From positions 1,644-65,643 of the forward strand of contig JADGOB010000005.1 of assembly GCA_017883185.1 (NCBI GenBank): 64,000 nt of DNA, read 5' to 3'. Shown here piece after piece: positions 53,159-62,296 of this stretch (positions within the stretch are counted from its first letter, which is position 1; the number at the start of each line of letters is the position of its first letter). The translations under genes were made by a program, and so were the position numbers. Origin of the DNA: Acidobacteriota bacterium (GTDB lineage: Bacteria; Acidobacteriota; Vicinamibacteria; Vicinamibacterales; Fen-181). Under the pieces are notes generated by a model. The model had not been told where the DNA came from, made no database searches, and saw only the letters and a list, made by a program, of their open reading frames with translations.

Positions 53159-53509
53159 TTAGACACCCGTCGAGCTGAAGCTCTTGACGGCATCAGCCTC
53201 GGTGTCGAACGTCTCAAAAATTGTGAGCAGCTTCGTGATCGCCAGCAGGTCCTGGATTCGCTTGGTCAGGCTGAGGAGCTTCAGCGCGCCCCCCTGACGG
53301 CTGACGGTCGTATAGGTCCGGACGATCTCGCCCAGGCCCGCGCTGTCGATGTACGGCACTCCCGCGAGGTTGAGCACGAGCTTCTTGTGGCCCTGCTGAA
53401 CCAGGCTGTTCACCTTGTCCCGCAGCAACTCGTCGCCTTCACCCAAGGTCAACTTCCCGCTGAGGTCGATGATCGTTACGTCCCCGGCCGATCTCTGATG
53501 AATCTGCAT
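53159..53509 (-). CDS. STAS-domain anti-sigma-factor antagonist (SpoIIAA-like)
   Basis: 116 aa. VTIIDLSGKLTLGEG...LVLNLAGVPYIDSAGLGEIV contains the conserved phosphorylatable DSAG Ser context. Confidence 0.85.
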   Translation of the reverse strand: MQIHQRSAGDVTIIDLSGKLTLGEGDELLRDKVNSLVQQGHKKLVLNLAGVPYIDSAGLGEIVRTYTTVSRQGGALKLLSLTKRIQDLLAITKLLTIFETFDTEADAVKSFSSTGV

Positions 53510-53641
53510 GCCGCCAACTCCTCCCGCCTTCTGGCGCGCAGCCGAACCGCCACCGTGGCGATCGACGGTCGCAATTTGCCATTCAGAGGCGCTTCATCTT
53601 ATCGTAGCGCCGAAAACAGCGTCAACCTCGCCAGTACGGAC

Positions 53642-53678
53642 AAAAAAGAAGAGGGGCCGCACTGGCGTGCGGCCCCTC
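53642..53678 (-). terminator. Rho-independent terminator after the zinc-ribbon gene
   Basis: The minus strand reads GAGGGGCCGCAC-GCCA-GTGCGGCCCCTC (12-bp perfect stem) followed by TTCTTTTTT. Confidence 0.85.
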
Positions 53679-53701
53679 CCGTTTCTCCGATGAGAATTCC
53701 C

Positions 53702-54016
53702 CTACACACCGGCTCCGCCGGCCCCCGCGAACTTCCTCTGCTGGAAGCACTCGCGGCAGTAGACCGGGCGACCCTGGGTTGGCTTGAACGGAACCGTGGT
53801 GACTTTTCCACATTCCGAACAGGCCGTCTGGGTTTCGACACGCTCCCGGGCCGGACCCGCCCCTGCCGGCCGACTGGCCCGCTTGGTCTTGCACGACTTG
53901 CACCGCTTGGGTTCGTTCTTGAAGTTCTTGTCGGCGAAGAACAGTTGCTCACCCGCCGTCCAGACGAACTCCGTCCCGCAGTCCACGCAGTGCAGGTTCC
54001 TGTCTTGGAATTCCAT
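53702..54016 (-). CDS. double CxxC zinc-ribbon protein (zf-trcl-like)
   Basis: CVDCGTEFVWTAGEQLFFADKNFKNEPKRCKSCK and CSECGKVTTVPFKPTQGRPVYCRECF are two CxxC...CxxC ribbons. Confidence 0.75.
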   Translation of the reverse strand: MEFQDRNLHCVDCGTEFVWTAGEQLFFADKNFKNEPKRCKSCKTKRASRPAGAGPARERVETQTACSECGKVTTVPFKPTQGRPVYCRECFQQRKFAGAGGAGV

Positions 54017-54037
54017 CGGTGGATCCCCCCGTTCTCG

Positions 54038-54247
54038 CTATTCCAACTCGCGCCGGAGCTTCTTACGGCTCCGCTTTCGCGCCAGCGCCTGCTTGGCCCG
54101 AAGCTTGTCCCCGGGTTTCAGGTAGAAGGAGTGCTTCTTGATATCCTTGATGATATCTTCCTGCTGAACCTTCCGCTTGAATCGCCGCAGGGCGCTCTCG
54201 ACCGACTCGCCATCCTGAACTTTGACTTCAGCCACGCCCTCGAACAC
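54038..54247 (-). CDS. rpsU: 30S ribosomal protein S21
   Basis: VKVQDGESVESALRRFKRKVQQEDIIKDIKKHSFYLKPGDKLRAKQ. The start may be the internal GTG (VAEVKV). Confidence 0.9.
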   Translation of the reverse strand: MFEGVAEVKVQDGESVESALRRFKRKVQQEDIIKDIKKHSFYLKPGDKLRAKQALARKRSRKKLRRELE

Positions 54248-54410
54248 CCCCTCACCGGCCCGGCTGGCACGTATCGTCTTCCGTCAACGTAACCGGAATA
54301 TGCTAGGCTATCACAGGTAGGGGCGGATTCTAGGCTTAAAGATGACGTGGAGTCAACCAAAATACTGACGAGCTTCAAGGCCAGTTCCACGCGGGCAAGT
54401 CATCGCTCCC

Positions 54411-55694
54411 ATGAAACTCCTGGTGATTGGTTCGGGCGCCCGTGAGCACGCGTTGGTGTGGCGGCTCGCTCGGGATGGCGGCGTCCGTGATGTCGTCTGC
54501 GCCCCGGGCAACGCCGGCATCGAATCGATAGCCCGAGTGGCGGCCGTGGATCAGGGCGACCCCGACTCGATGCTCGCGCTGGCGGAGCACGAGCAGGCGG
54601 ACCTCACCATCATCGGGCCCGAACTGCCTTTGACGCGTGGGGTGGCCGACCTGTTCGCCTCACGCGGCCGCCTGCTGCTCGGCCCGTCGCGGCTGGCCGC
54701 GGAGCTCGAGTCGAGCAAGGCGTTTGCGAAAGATTTCATGGCCCGGCACTTCGTGCCGACCGCGCGATACCAGGTGTGCGAATCGCCGGACATCGCGCTG
54801 GCCGTGCTCGCGACCCGCGAGTTCGGCTACCCGATCGTGATCAAGGCAGACGGGCTCGCCGCGGGCAAGGGTGTCGTCATCGCCACCGACCAACTGAACG
54901 CGAGCCTCGCCATCCGCGGCATGATGGTCGAGCGGCGCTTTGGCGACGCGGGCGCGCGGATCGTGATCGAGGAATTCATGCAGGGGCAGGAGGTGTCGGT
55001 CTTTGCGCTGACCGACGGCCAGCGCGCGGTGCTGCTGCCCACCGCCCAGGACCACAAGCGCGCGTTCGACGGGGACAAGGGGCCGAACACCGGCGGGATG
55101 GGGGCGTTCGCGCCAAGCCCGCTCGTGGACGACACGCTCCTCGACCACATCCGCGACACGATCATTCTCCCGGTCATCGAGGGACTCCGCGCCGAGGGTC
55201 GCGAGTTCCGCGGCTTCCTCTACGCCGGGCTGATGCTGACCGCGGACGGTCCGAGGGTTGTGGAGTTCAACGTGCGCCTGGGCGACCCGGAGGCGCAGGT
55301 GGTACTCCCGATGATCGACGGGGAGCTCGCGCCGCTGCTCCGGGACGCGGCGGCGGGCCGTCTCGGCCAGGACTCCTGCCGCGTGCGCGACTGGCCGCGC
55401 GTGGGCGTGGTGCTGGCCTCGGCGGGCTACCCGGAAAAGTACGAGACGGGCAAGGTCATCAACGGATTCGGGGCGGCGGCCTCGGTCCCGGGCGTGGTCG
55501 TCTTCCACGCCGGCACCGCGCGGCGCGGCCACGAGATCGTCACCGCCGGTGGCCGCGTCCTGACCGTCGTCGCCGAGGGGCAGGACTACCGGCAGGCGAT
55601 GTCCCGCGCCTACGAAGGCGCGCACCGGATCTCGTTCGACGGCGCCTTCATGCGCAAGGACATCGGGCGGAAAGCGATCGGCTGTCGACCGTAG
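54411..55694 (+). CDS. purD: phosphoribosylamine--glycine ligase
   Basis: MKLLVIGSGAREHALVWRL...CAPGNAGI...VIKADGLAAGKGV...GPNTGGMGA. Confidence 0.95.
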   Translation: MKLLVIGSGAREHALVWRLARDGGVRDVVCAPGNAGIESIARVAAVDQGDPDSMLALAEHEQADLTIIGPELPLTRGVADLFASRGRLLLGPSRLAAELESSKAFAKDFMARHFVPTARYQVCESPDIALAVLATREFGYPIVIKADGLAAGKGVVIATDQLNASLAIRGMMVERRFGDAGARIVIEEFMQGQEVSVFALTDGQRAVLLPTAQDHKRAFDGDKGPNTGGMGAFAPSPLVDDTLLDHIRDTIILPVIEGLRAEGREFRGFLYAGLMLTADGPRVVEFNVRLGDPEAQVVLPMIDGELAPLLRDAAAGRLGQDSCRVRDWPRVGVVLASAGYPEKYETGKVINGFGAAASVPGVVVFHAGTARRGHEIVTAGGRVLTVVAEGQDYRQAMSRAYEGAHRISFDGAFMRKDIGRKAIGCRP

Positions 55695-55755
55695 TGGCCA
55701 GTTGCAAGCCGCACCCGGAGCGTGCCCCAGTCACAGGAAATCGCGCGATTCGAAT

Positions 55756-56256
55756 ATGAGTATGTCGATGATCTCCGTCCTGGTCCTGATGGGTTCAGGT
55801 TCCGACGCGCCCGTGATGCAGCCGGCCGTGGACCTGTTGCGGGAGTTCGGGATCCCGTGCGAGATGACCGTGGCGTCCGCCCACCGCTCGCCCGCGCGCG
55901 TGCAACGGTTGCTTGACGAGGCTCCCGCGCGAGGCGTGAAGGTCTTCATCGTCGGCGCGGGTGCCGCCGCGCACCTGGCCGGGATGGTGGCCGCGCACAC
56001 CACCTGCCCCGTGATTGGCGTGCCCATCGATTCGTCCGCCCTCAAGGGGCTCGACGCGCTGCTGTCCACCGTGCAGATGCCGCCGGGCGTGCCGGTGGCC
56101 ACCGTCTCGATCGGCAAGCCCGGCGCGATCAACGCCGCCGTTCTTGCCGCTCAGATTCTCGCGGTCGGCGACGTCACCCTTTCATGCCGGCTGGAGAAGT
56201 ACAAGGCCCAGCTGGCCGAAGAGGTGGACAGGGCCGCTGAGAAACTGAAGATCTAG
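55756..56256 (+). CDS. purE: 5-(carboxyamino)imidazole ribonucleotide mutase
   Basis: VLMGSGSDAPVM...SAHRSP...AGAAAHLAGMVAAHT..PVIGVP. I trimmed the start to MSMSMISV. Confidence 0.93.
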   Translation: MSMSMISVLVLMGSGSDAPVMQPAVDLLREFGIPCEMTVASAHRSPARVQRLLDEAPARGVKVFIVGAGAAAHLAGMVAAHTTCPVIGVPIDSSALKGLDALLSTVQMPPGVPVATVSIGKPGAINAAVLAAQILAVGDVTLSCRLEKYKAQLAEEVDRAAEKLKI

Positions 56257-56273
56257 CCTGTTTCGACAAATCC

Positions 56274-56301
56274 GACTGGCGACTGGCGACCTGCGGCCTG
56301 G
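56274..56301. repeat. tandem heptamers GACTGGC GACTGGC GACCTGC GGCCTGG
   Basis: Reverse-complement orientation of the GCCAGT-type tracts. Starts 18 nt after the purE stop. Confidence 0.7.
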
Positions 56302-56321
56302 CTCACGAGAACACCGTGCTG

Positions 56322-56349
56322 GCCGCCAGCCGCCAGCCGCCAGCCGATC
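56322..56349. repeat. tandem heptamers GCCGCCA x3 + GCCGATC
   Basis: Ends 6 nt before the mtaB-like ATG at 56355. Confidence 0.7.
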
Positions 56350-56354
56350 GCAAG

Positions 56355-57605
56355 ATGAAGTACTCGGTCCTGACCTTTGGATGCCGCACCAACCAGGCAG
56401 ACTCGTGCCAGATCGAACACGAGCTGCAGGCAGGCGGAGGTGTGCCGGCGCCGTCCGAGTCGGCGGACGTCGTAGTGGTCAACACCTGCACGGTGACCGC
56501 GGCGGCCGATCAGGCGGCCCGCCACGCGATTCGACGGGTCGCCAGGATCAATCCGGCGGCGCGAATCGTCGCGACCGGCTGTTACGCGACACGCCGGCCA
56601 GGCGAGGTGGGCGCGCTGCCCGGGGTCATCCGCCTGCTGCGGAACGACCAGAAGGGCGAGATTGGAGAGTGGCTGTCGGGGGAGATCGGGTCTCGGGCCC
56701 AGGCCGGCCTCCCTCCAGGCCTGCGCCCGGGCGACAGGGGACGCACCGCGTATCCGCTCCGTGTTCAGACCGGGTGCGACGAGCGGTGCTCCTACTGCAT
56801 TGTCCCGAGCACGCGCGGGGCGAGCCGGAGCCGTCCGGTGTCGCACGTGCTCGAGGATGTGCGGCGCCTTTCGTCAGCCGGCTTCAAGGAGCTGTGGCTG
56901 ACCGGCGTGCACCTGGGTTCATACGGCAGGGACCTGCAGCCGCCCTGCTCGCTGCTGGACCTGCTCGGCGCGCTCGGTCGCGAGGTCGAGTCGCGGGACG
57001 TGACGTTTCGCCTCAGTTCGCTCGAGCCGATGGACTGCGGCGAAGCGGTCGTCGATCTCCTGGCGCGTTCGCCCCGATTCGCTCCACATCTTCACCTGCC
57101 GCTTCAGCACGCAAGCGACCGGGTGCTCGCGGCCATGCGGCGGCCGTACACGCTGGGCAGCTACCGGGCGCTCGTTGACCTCGTCCGCGCGCGCATGCCC
57201 GAGGCGGCGATCGGCAGCGACGTGATGGTCGGGTTTCCAGGGGAGACGGATCGCGAGTTCGAGGAGCAGGTCACCTACCTGAGCGGGTCTCCGCTGACCC
57301 ATCTGCACGTGTTTCCGTATTCCGACCGCCCGGGCACCCAGGCATCGCAACTGGCGGGGAAGGTCCCGGGCGCGGTGATCCGCGACCGGGCCGAGCGAGT
57401 GCGCACGGTCGGGCGCGAGCTGAACCAGCGCTTCGTCGAACGCCAGGTTGGTCGGCAGCGGCCGGCGCTCACGCTGGAGGACGGGTCGCTGGCGTTGACG
57501 GACAACTACTTGAAGCTGCGGATCGCCCCGGGACACGCCCGAAATGAGCGGGTGCGGGTCCGGGTTGTCTCGATCAGCCCGCTCCGGGGGGAGGTGGTGC
57601 AGTGA
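56355..57605 (+). CDS. mtaB: radical-SAM methylthiotransferase, MtaB-like (MiaB/RimO family)
   Basis: UPF0004 N-terminus (TFGCRTNQADS...VVVNTCTVT), a radical-SAM cluster motif (GCDERCSYCIVP), and a C-terminal TRAM-like segment. Confidence 0.75.
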   Translation: MKYSVLTFGCRTNQADSCQIEHELQAGGGVPAPSESADVVVVNTCTVTAAADQAARHAIRRVARINPAARIVATGCYATRRPGEVGALPGVIRLLRNDQKGEIGEWLSGEIGSRAQAGLPPGLRPGDRGRTAYPLRVQTGCDERCSYCIVPSTRGASRSRPVSHVLEDVRRLSSAGFKELWLTGVHLGSYGRDLQPPCSLLDLLGALGREVESRDVTFRLSSLEPMDCGEAVVDLLARSPRFAPHLHLPLQHASDRVLAAMRRPYTLGSYRALVDLVRARMPEAAIGSDVMVGFPGETDREFEEQVTYLSGSPLTHLHVFPYSDRPGTQASQLAGKVPGAVIRDRAERVRTVGRELNQRFVERQVGRQRPALTLEDGSLALTDNYLKLRIAPGHARNERVRVRVVSISPLRGEVVQ

Positions 57606-58210
57606 AGACGCTCGCGCTGCTCGGCACTACCCTCGGCTTCGCCTTCGCGGCGGGGCTCAACCTCTACGCGACGATCGTCGTCATCGGCCTGTCGATCCGG
57701 CTCGGCTGGGTGGCGCCACCACCGCAACTGGCGGGTCTGTTCGTGCTCGCGCACCCGGTGGTGCTCGGCGCCGCCGGCGTGATGTACCTGGTCGAGTTCC
57801 TCACCGACAAGATTCCCGTCGTGGATCACGTCTGGGACGCGATTCACACCGTGGTCCGCCCGGCGGGAGCGGCATGGATCGCGTGGAGGACGATCGGCGG
57901 CGCGGGGTTGCCCGAACCGATCGAGGTGGCGCTGCTGTTGATCGCCGGCGGCGTGGCGCTGTCGGCCCACGCCGGGAAGGCCGGAACCCGCCTGGCCGCC
58001 GCGTCGGTGGGCGGTCACTTTTTCGGCATCGGCATCTGGCTGAGCCTGCTCGAAGACGCGATCGCGGTCGTCATGGCGCCGCTGGCGCTCCTGCAACCGC
58101 TGCTGGCCCTCGGGGTGGTGCTGGTCGCGCTGGCCGGCCTGGCCGTCATGATCCCGCTGGGCATCCGCGCCATCCGCGGGCGGCGAAAGCCGGCTGCACC
58201 GGCGACCTGA
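57602..58210 (+). CDS. DUF4126-like integral membrane protein
   Basis: GTGA overlap with the mtaB-like gene. Contains GLNLYATIVVIGL...YLVEFLTDKIPVVDHVWD and several TMs. Confidence 0.65.
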   Translation: MKTLALLGTTLGFAFAAGLNLYATIVVIGLSIRLGWVAPPPQLAGLFVLAHPVVLGAAGVMYLVEFLTDKIPVVDHVWDAIHTVVRPAGAAWIAWRTIGGAGLPEPIEVALLLIAGGVALSAHAGKAGTRLAAASVGGHFFGIGIWLSLLEDAIAVVMAPLALLQPLLALGVVLVALAGLAVMIPLGIRAIRGRRKPAAPAT

Positions 58211-58232
58211 AGGGGATCCGATCCGGATTCAA

Positions 58233-58268
58233 CCACGAAGCTCACAAAGACCACGGAGACGTGCGAGC
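58233..58268. repeat. tandem nonamers CCACGAAGC TCACAAAGA CCACGGAGA CGTGCGAGC
   Basis: Lies in the convergent gap between DUF4126 and rlmN. It combines the CACAAAG and CACGGAGA units seen at 15568-15706. Confidence 0.65.
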
Positions 58269-58285
58269 GAAGGCTCCGACCGGGG

Positions 58286-59452
58286 CTACGTCGGCATGGC
58301 CGCCGCGAGCTTCTGGCCCGCTGACTTCTCGGTCTCTTCCACGATCAGTTGTCCGCACGCCGCGCGGATGTCGCGACCGCGGCTCTTGCGGACGGAAACG
58401 GTCAGGTGCCGGTCCGCGAGGATCTGCGCAAATTCGTCCACGCGCTCGTCGGTGGGACGCGAGAACGGGATGCCGGCGGCCTCGTTCAGCGGGATCAGGT
58501 TCACTTTCGACCGGATGCCGTTCAGCAGCGAGACCAGGCGCTTGGCGTCCTCCCGGCTGTCGTTCACCCCGGCCAGCATTACGTACTCGAACGTGATCCG
58601 GCTCCGGCGCTTGATTGGGAACCGCCGGCACGCCTCGATGACCTCGGCGATGTTGTACTTCTTGTTGAGCGGGACCAGCAGGTCGCGCTGCGCCTCGGTC
58701 GTGGCGTGGAGGGACACGGCGAGGTTCGGCATGTACGGCTCCTGCGCAAGCCGCTCGAGCGCCGGCACCAGCCCCACCGTCGAGATCGTGACGCGGCGCG
58801 GCGACACGGCCAGGCCGTCTTGGTCGCCGAGGATCCGCAGCGCCTTCATCGTCTCGTCGTAGTTGTGGAGGGGCTCGCCCATCCCCATCAACACGATGTT
58901 GAAGCGCGCGTCGAGGAGTCCGATCTCTTCGGCCAGCACGCGCACCTGCCCGACGATTTCGCCGGCCGCCAGGTGGCGGGCGAGACCCATCTTGCCGGTC
59001 AGACAGAAGGCGCACCTCATCGCGCACCCGACCTGCGTCGAGATACAGAACGTCTGCCCCGGCGAGTCCGGGATGAACACCGACTCGACCCGCCGGTGGT
59101 CGTCGAGTTCCAGCAGGAGCTTCGCCGTGCCGTCGGCGGAGTGTTCGCGGCCGACTACGGCCGGGCGGGAAACGCGGAAGAGCTCCGGGAGGCGCGCGCG
59201 GAGCGACTTCGACAGGTCGGTCATCTCCGCGAAGTCCGTCACGCCGCGTTTGAACACCCAGCGGAAGAGCTGGCGGGCGCGATAGGCCTCGATCTCCCTT
59301 TCCCGTAGCAGGGATTCGAGTTCTTGTCGTTCGAGCCCGGCGATATCGGGCAGGAGGCTGGTCTGCGGCACGGTCACCTGGCTTTCGTGGAGGGTTCCTG
59401 GAGCTATTATGCCCGATCCGCGGGGGAACCTTCCCGTTGAAGGGCGGGCCAC
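58286..59452 (-). CDS. rlmN: 23S rRNA/tRNA (adenine-C2)-methyltransferase RlmN
   Basis: YRARQLFRWVF, CISTQVGCAMRCAFCLTG, GMGEPL and ACGQL. The start is uncertain: GTG at 59452 or in-frame GTG at 59377. Confidence 0.9.
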   Translation of the reverse strand: MARPSTGRFPRGSGIIAPGTLHESQVTVPQTSLLPDIAGLERQELESLLREREIEAYRARQLFRWVFKRGVTDFAEMTDLSKSLRARLPELFRVSRPAVVGREHSADGTAKLLLELDDHRRVESVFIPDSPGQTFCISTQVGCAMRCAFCLTGKMGLARHLAAGEIVGQVRVLAEEIGLLDARFNIVLMGMGEPLHNYDETMKALRILGDQDGLAVSPRRVTISTVGLVPALERLAQEPYMPNLAVSLHATTEAQRDLLVPLNKKYNIAEVIEACRRFPIKRRSRITFEYVMLAGVNDSREDAKRLVSLLNGIRSKVNLIPLNEAAGIPFSRPTDERVDEFAQILADRHLTVSVRKSRGRDIRAACGQLIVEETEKSAGQKLAAAMPT

Positions 59453-59581
59453 GGCATGCTATGATGGCCCTGTGTTGGTTGGTCATAATTCGTTGTCCTT
59501 CAAGTACTTGCAGCCATTCATCCAGACGGATCACAATCACGTGCGCACGCTCCGATTCCCGGAGCCTGTCGTCACCCTACG

Positions 59582-60862
59582 GTGAAAGGACCGAACCGCC
59601 CCATGATTGTCCGTGAGGTCCTTGGCAACGGTCTTCGCCTGCTCACCGAGTCGATGCCCCACGTGCGCTCGATCAGCGTCGGGGTGTGGCTGACGCGGGG
59701 TTCCCGGCACGAACCCGAGGACCGGAGCGGCATCGCCCATTTTGTCGAGCACATGTTGTTCAAGGGCACCGCGACGCGGAGCGCCGAGGACATCGCGCAG
59801 GCGATCGACTCGATCGGCGGCCAACTCGATGCGTTCACCTCCAAGGAGTACGCCAGCTATTACATCAAGGTGCTCGACGAGCACCTGCCCCGCGCCCTCG
59901 ACGTCCTGTCGGACATCGTCTTGCACCCGGCTCTCGACGCGGACGACATCGAGCGCGAGAAGAAGGTGGTCCTCGAAGAAATCAAGATGGTCGAGGACAC
60001 GCCGGACGACCTCGTCCACGAACTGTTCACCCAGAGCTTCTGGGAAGGGCATCCCCTCGGCCGGCCGATCCTGGGCACGCGGGAGACCGTGGAGGCGCTG
60101 ACCCAGGAGTCGCTGCGCGAGTATTTCCGCCGGGTCTACACGGCGAACAACTTCGTGATTTCCGCGGCCGGCAACCTCGAACACGCGTACGTGCGGGCGC
60201 TGGTGGAGAAGGCGTTCGCCGACATCGAGCCGAGGGGCGACGTGGCCGCCGACCGGGCGCCCATTGTCGCGCCGAAGTTCGCGGTTCGGAACAAGGACCT
60301 GGAGCAGAGCCACATCTGTCTCGGCACGGCCAGCTATGCCCAGAGCCACGGCGACCGGTACGTCACCTATGTGCTGAACACCCTGCTGGGCGGCTCGATG
60401 AGTTCTCGTTTGTTCCAGAACGTGCGGGAGAAACGCGGCCTGGCCTACGCGGTGTTCAGCGGCCTCAGCGCCTACCGCGATGCGGGCTCCCTGACGATTT
60501 ATGCCGGTTGCGCCAGCGAGGCGGTGGGCGAGGTGATCGACCTGACGGTCGAGGAACTGCGCGGCATCAAGAACACGGAGGTTCCCGAGGCGGAACTGCG
60601 GCGGGCGAGAGACCATATCAAGGGCAGCCTGGTGCTGAGCCTCGAGAACACGGCCAGCCGCATGTCGCACGTCGCGCGCCAGGAAATCTACTTCGACCGG
60701 CAGTTCAGCCTGGACGAAACGCTCGAGGGCATCGAGCGGGTGACGGCCGAGGGCCTGCAGCGCGTCGCGGCCGACCTGTTCTCGGACGTGGTGCTCGCGG
60801 GAACCGTCCTCGGCCCGTTGGACGGCTGGAAGTACCCCGCGGAACGGTTGCACCTGGGCTGA
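59582..60862 (+). CDS. M16 family zinc peptidase (insulinase/pitrilysin-like)
   Basis: GIAHFVEHMLFKGT (HxxEH) plus the downstream EE..MVEDTPDD region. The start is GTG at 59582 or ATG at 59603. Confidence 0.85.
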   Translation: MKGPNRPMIVREVLGNGLRLLTESMPHVRSISVGVWLTRGSRHEPEDRSGIAHFVEHMLFKGTATRSAEDIAQAIDSIGGQLDAFTSKEYASYYIKVLDEHLPRALDVLSDIVLHPALDADDIEREKKVVLEEIKMVEDTPDDLVHELFTQSFWEGHPLGRPILGTRETVEALTQESLREYFRRVYTANNFVISAAGNLEHAYVRALVEKAFADIEPRGDVAADRAPIVAPKFAVRNKDLEQSHICLGTASYAQSHGDRYVTYVLNTLLGGSMSSRLFQNVREKRGLAYAVFSGLSAYRDAGSLTIYAGCASEAVGEVIDLTVEELRGIKNTEVPEAELRRARDHIKGSLVLSLENTASRMSHVARQEIYFDRQFSLDETLEGIERVTAEGLQRVAADLFSDVVLAGTVLGPLDGWKYPAERLHLG

Positions 60863-60982
60863 AACTCCACCGGCGGGTGGCCTGTGTGCGACGAAACCAC
60901 TCCGGGAGTGATTTTCTCGCACGGTCGTCGACGGAAGCGACGTGGACGAGATTGCTCCCGGGGTGATGTGCGGCGAGGACGT

Positions 60983-62296
60983 ATGATTGCGCGATACACC
61001 GGCGCGGCGATGGGCCGGATCTGGAGTGAGCAGCGGCGGTTCGAAAGCTGGCTGCAGGTCGAGATGGCGGCGGCCGAGGCCATGGCCGAGGCCGGCATCA
61101 TTCCCGAGGCTGCGGCACGGGCCATCCGTGAGCGGGGCGGCTTCGACGTCGCGCGTATCGAGGAGATCGAGGCGAAGACCAAGCACGACGTCATCGCCTT
61201 CACGACGGCCGTGGCGGAGCGCGTCGGCGAGGAAGCCCGCTGGCTCCACTTCGGCCTGACCTCCTCGGACGTCATCGACACCGCGCAGGCGCTGCAGATG
61301 CGCGAGGCGTGCGACCTCATCCTCGACGGCCTGGCGAAGCTCGGGGACGCCATCCGGGCCAGGGCCGACGAGCATCGCCACACGCCGATGATCGGCCGGA
61401 CGCACGGCGTGCACGCGGAGCCGATGACGCTCGGCCTGAAGCTCGCGCTCTGGTACGCGGAGAATCAGCGGAACATCGAACGGGTGCGGCGTGCCCGCGC
61501 GGTGATCAGCGTCGGCAAGCTGTCGGGAGCGGTCGGCACCTTCGCGCACCTCGATCCGTCGATCGAAGCCTCCGTCTGCGAACGTCTCGGCCTGGACCCG
61601 GCGCCGGTGTCCTCGCAGATCATCCAGCGGGATCGCCACGCGGAGCTGCTGGCCGCGCTTGCCATTGCCGCCGCCTCGCTGGAGAAGTTCGCGCTCGAGA
61701 TTCGGGGCTTGCAGAAGACCGAGATCGGCGAGATCGAGGAGCCATTCGAAACGGGCCAGAAGGGGTCGTCGGCCATGCCGCACAAGCGCAACCCGATCGG
61801 CTGCGAGCAGGTCGTCGGGCTCTCGCGCCTGCTGCGCGGCAACGCGATGGTGGCGATGGAGAACGTCGCGCTCTGGCACGAGCGCGACATCTCGCACTCG
61901 TCGGTCGAGCGGGTGATCCTGCCCGACAGCTTCATCGCCCTCGACCACGTGCTCCGACGGTTCACGAAGATCGTGCGGAACATGGTGGTCTATCCCGACC
62001 GCATGCGGGAAAACCTCGAGCGCTCCCGCGGTGTTGTCTTTTCCGGGACGATCCTGCTCGAGCTGGCGCGTCGGGGCGCCTCCCGCGAACAGGCCTACGA
62101 GTGGGTGCAGCGCAACGCGATGCGCTCGTTCAACGAGGCGCGGCCGTTCAAGCCGCTGCTGCTCGACGATGCGGATGTGCGCCGCGTGCTGTCGGCCGAG
62201 GAGATCGAGCGCGCCTTCGACCTGGCCGTGCACCTGCGCCACGTCGATCGGATCTTCGGGCGCGTGTTCGGGGAAGTGAGCGCGGGACGATCATGA
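60983..62296 (+). CDS. purB: adenylosuccinate lyase
   Basis: Starts at [27 protein letters not shown], with [18 protein letters not shown] (signature loop) and [10 protein letters not shown]. Confidence 0.95.
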   Translation: MIARYTGAAMGRIWSEQRRFESWLQVEMAAAEAMAEAGIIPEAAARAIRERGGFDVARIEEIEAKTKHDVIAFTTAVAERVGEEARWLHFGLTSSDVIDTAQALQMREACDLILDGLAKLGDAIRARADEHRHTPMIGRTHGVHAEPMTLGLKLALWYAENQRNIERVRRARAVISVGKLSGAVGTFAHLDPSIEASVCERLGLDPAPVSSQIIQRDRHAELLAALAIAAASLEKFALEIRGLQKTEIGEIEEPFETGQKGSSAMPHKRNPIGCEQVVGLSRLLRGNAMVAMENVALWHERDISHSSVERVILPDSFIALDHVLRRFTKIVRNMVVYPDRMRENLERSRGVVFSGTILLELARRGASREQAYEWVQRNAMRSFNEARPFKPLLLDDADVRRVLSAEEIERAFDLAVHLRHVDRIFGRVFGEVSAGRS

